Part shown: positions 61,965 to 64,000 of the stretch, in pieces
Layout: each line of letters opens with the position of its first letter
Position numbering within the stretch: the stretch's first letter is position 1
From: Alphaproteobacteria bacterium
GTDB taxonomy: Bacteria; Pseudomonadota; Alphaproteobacteria; RF32; CAG-239
DNA: 64,000 nucleotides
Assembly: GCA_017484225.1 (NCBI GenBank)
Contig: JAFUTN010000034.1
Coordinates: forward strand, 17,844 to 81,843
Reading direction: 5' to 3'
Program-made: the position numbers and the translations under genes
The notes under the pieces: model-generated
Seen by the model: the letters and a program-made list of their open reading frames with translations, nothing else
Told to the model about the DNA's origin: nothing
Databases searched by the model: none

Positions 61965-62837
61965 ATGAGATATTGCATTTTGGGGATTTTAAGTTTGTTT
62001 TTTACGATTGGGCAGGCAAATGCCGAGGTTATAAGCTGCAATAACGGCAAATATGCGGACGGGACGGATTGTGTGTCCTGCGGAGCGGATTGTAACTGGA
62101 GTGTGGACTTGACAAGCGGAAAGCTTACGGTCAGCGGAAGCGGAAATATGAATAATTACCGTTTTTATACGGAAGATGACATAAATTATTCGTCCGCGCC
62201 GTGGGGAGGCTATAAAGACCGGATTACAGCAGTAGAGGTATCCGGAATGAACAGTATAGGTTCGTGTGCATTCTGCCATTTAGCTGTCAACAGCATACAA
62301 ATGGATGATTCCGTTAAAAAAATAAATGACAGCGCTTTCGCATGGAATGGTCGCGGTGCATCATCTGTTACTATGTCCGACGCATTAACGGATTTAGGCC
62401 ATATTGCTTTCAGAGGAAACAGCAGACTTAATACCCTTATCGTGCCGGCAACGTTAACGAATATCGGTTTAGGAGCGTTGGGTGGCAATAAAAACTTAAT
62501 CAAAGATATGAACATAGTATGTATGGGCGGCAAGCAAGAATGTGCATTGTTGCAAGAACGTTTACAAAACTATCAATTTTACGGTCTTGATTATTCAAGG
62601 GAGGTTTTGGACTTGTCCGCCAACGTAAGACTTGCCGGTGCCGAGGAATGTTTTTCAACAAATTATTATTGGAACGGGGCCGAATGTTTGAAAGAACCGG
62701 TATTGGCAAATCGTTTGTGTTGTCCGGAGTGTAAGATGATTGACGGAGAGTGTTACCGTGTTCGTTATACTTTGCCGGAAGCGGATGAGGTGACGTCCAA
62801 TGATAATGAGAATCTGATTGAATGGATATTTAATTAA
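61965..62837 (+). CDS. secreted BspA-type LRR / Cys-rich protein with conserved C-terminal tail (paralogue 5)
   Basis: The track start at 61917 lies inside the leader terminator. The likely start is ATG 61965 or 61956 (AAAAGGA), giving signal peptide MRYCILGILSLFFTIGQANA. Also present: the CGADCNWSVDLTSGKLTVSGSGNMNNY module, LRR_5-like repeats, CFSTNYYWNGAEC...CCPEC and the tail RYTLPEADEVTSNDNENLIEWIFN. Confidence 0.85.
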   Translation: MRYCILGILSLFFTIGQANAEVISCNNGKYADGTDCVSCGADCNWSVDLTSGKLTVSGSGNMNNYRFYTEDDINYSSAPWGGYKDRITAVEVSGMNSIGSCAFCHLAVNSIQMDDSVKKINDSAFAWNGRGASSVTMSDALTDLGHIAFRGNSRLNTLIVPATLTNIGLGALGGNKNLIKDMNIVCMGGKQECALLQERLQNYQFYGLDYSREVLDLSANVRLAGAEECFSTNYYWNGAECLKEPVLANRLCCPECKMIDGECYRVRYTLPEADEVTSNDNENLIEWIFN

Positions 62838-62930
62838 AAGCCTTGACTCATTGCTTGTAACAAACTAAAGTGTCACTGTAAATTATACAGAAGTATAGTT
62901 GTTGTTCAACAAGTATAAAAGGAATTAAAT

Positions 62931-63554
62931 ATGAAAAAGTTTTTATTGTTGGCCGGTGTGGCTTGCTTGTTTGCCGCTAATGCTCAAGCAGAAGTTAGTC
63001 AATATGTTTCCGGCAAAGCATCATTGGATTTCAATAAAGTAAAAATTAAAGATGCTGATTTTGAAAGCAATGACATTTATCGTTGGAAATCTGATAAAAA
63101 TTTACCGGCTTCTCACCTTGCTTACGGTGCTAAATTCGGTTTTGTTCGCGGTGAAGTTGAATTGAACAATGCCGTTAACATGAAGCGTAATACTTTGGTT
63201 GATAACAGAAGAGAACCGAATGCCGTAATTGACAAATTTGAATTGTATAAGCATTCCTTAATGGCCAATGTTTACTTTGACTATTTGACATGCACACCTT
63301 GGACACCTTATGTTGGTGCCGGTCTCGGAACTTCTTATTTGAAAATGAAGTTTAATGACTCCTCTAAGTCTGCAATCAACTTGGCATGGCAAGTTATGGG
63401 TGGTATTACATACGATTTGAATGCGGAATGGACACTTGATCTCGGCTATCGTTATGCCGATTTGGGACGTGTTCGCAAAAATTACGGTTCTTCGGTTGTT
63501 AAGACTACTGTTCGTGACCACGAAATTTTGTTTGGTGCAAGATACTCATTCTAA
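62931..63554 (+). CDS. small outer-membrane beta-barrel protein (Omp25/OmpA-beta-barrel-like), paralogue 1
   Basis: Signal peptide MKKFLLLAGVACLFAANAQA, alternating amphipathic strands, and the C-terminal ...FGARYSF ending in an aromatic residue, as in beta-barrel OMPs. Confidence 0.75.
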   Translation: MKKFLLLAGVACLFAANAQAEVSQYVSGKASLDFNKVKIKDADFESNDIYRWKSDKNLPASHLAYGAKFGFVRGEVELNNAVNMKRNTLVDNRREPNAVIDKFELYKHSLMANVYFDYLTCTPWTPYVGAGLGTSYLKMKFNDSSKSAINLAWQVMGGITYDLNAEWTLDLGYRYADLGRVRKNYGSSVVKTTVRDHEILFGARYSF

Positions 63555-63575
63555 TCGCCGAACTTTAGATTATTA

Positions 63576-63608
63576 AGGCAGTGCATCTTTTTTGCATTGC
63601 CTTTTTTT
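63576..63608 (+). terminator. intrinsic terminator
   Basis: AAGGCAGTGCA / TGCATTGCCTT (one G-U pair) followed by T7. Confidence 0.8.
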
Positions 63609-63730
63609 GTAAGCCCCGTTAACCGTTCATTAATAAAAAATTCCTTGACTAATCTAAAATATAGGCATAGAGTAAGGACGTTATTATACGAAAGTATAGT
63701 TGTTGTTCAACAAGTATAAAGGAATTAAAT

Positions 63731-64000
63731 ATGAAAAAGTTTTTATTGTTGGCCGGTGTTGCTTGCTTGTTTGCAGCTAATGCTCAGGCTGAAGTTAATC
63801 AATATGTTTCAGCAAAAGTTTCTTATGATTTCAACAAAGTTAACATTAAAAATGCAGATTTTGAAGAAAATCAAATGGAACGTTGGAAAGCTAACAAGAA
63901 TTTGTTCGGTACTCACGTTGCATACGGTGTTCAAGCCGGTTATGTTCGTGGCGAAGTTGAATTGAACAATTCTCGTGACATTAAACGTAATCACTTGGAA
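63731..64000 (+). CDS. small outer-membrane beta-barrel protein, paralogue 2 (5' part; runs off window end)
   Basis: Not in the ORF track (no stop in the window). The ATG at 63731 gives MKKFLLLAGVACLFAANAQAEVNQYVSAKVSYDFNKV...GYVRGEVELNN, collinear with 62931-63554. About 45 nt upstream of the ATG is also duplicated. Confidence 0.75.
   Translation, partial: MKKFLLLAGVACLFAANAQAEVNQYVSAKVSYDFNKVNIKNADFEENQMERWKANKNLFGTHVAYGVQAGYVRGEVELNNSRDIKRNHLE

Overview
AT-rich bacterial chromosomal segment, densely coding and mostly housekeeping. Recognised genes: adk, secY, cca, rlmN, apt, polA, mrcA, mutM, rpsT, dnaA, dnaN, recF, radC, map, adhE, ftsK, fabD, fabG, dnaJ, skp-like, metG, trkH, sspB, tsaD, nth, galE and dnaB. 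Several features suggest (inference) a host-associated, fermentative alphaproteobacterium-like organism: a circularly permuted two-piece tmRNA gene next to an alpha-type sspB, the rpsT-dnaA-dnaN-recF order, an IalB-like protein, a Mic60-like protein, adhE and an ADP-dependent sugar kinase. The main result is a dispersed five-copy module. Each copy has a sigma70-like promoter, then a structured leader RNA of about 180-250 nt ending in an intrinsic terminator, then a gene for a secreted BspA-type LRR / Cys-rich protein. Compensatory base changes between copies support four leader helices, and all five proteins end in a near-invariant 24-residue acidic tail (RYTLPEAD..TSDDNENMIEWIFE). I could not match the leader or the tail to any class I know. 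Other accessory items: a 2103-aa protein (M48-like HExxH domain, ABC1/UbiB-like kinase domain, 6.5 x 15-aa tandem repeats, basic tail); a secreted MORN + ankyrin protein; a terminator-bounded sRNA candidate downstream of polA; a 284-bp segmental duplication carrying a J-domain gene relic; a frameshifted terC; and tandem ycgN-like and outer-membrane-protein paralogues. All calls rest on reading the sequence and ORF translations; no database search was possible.
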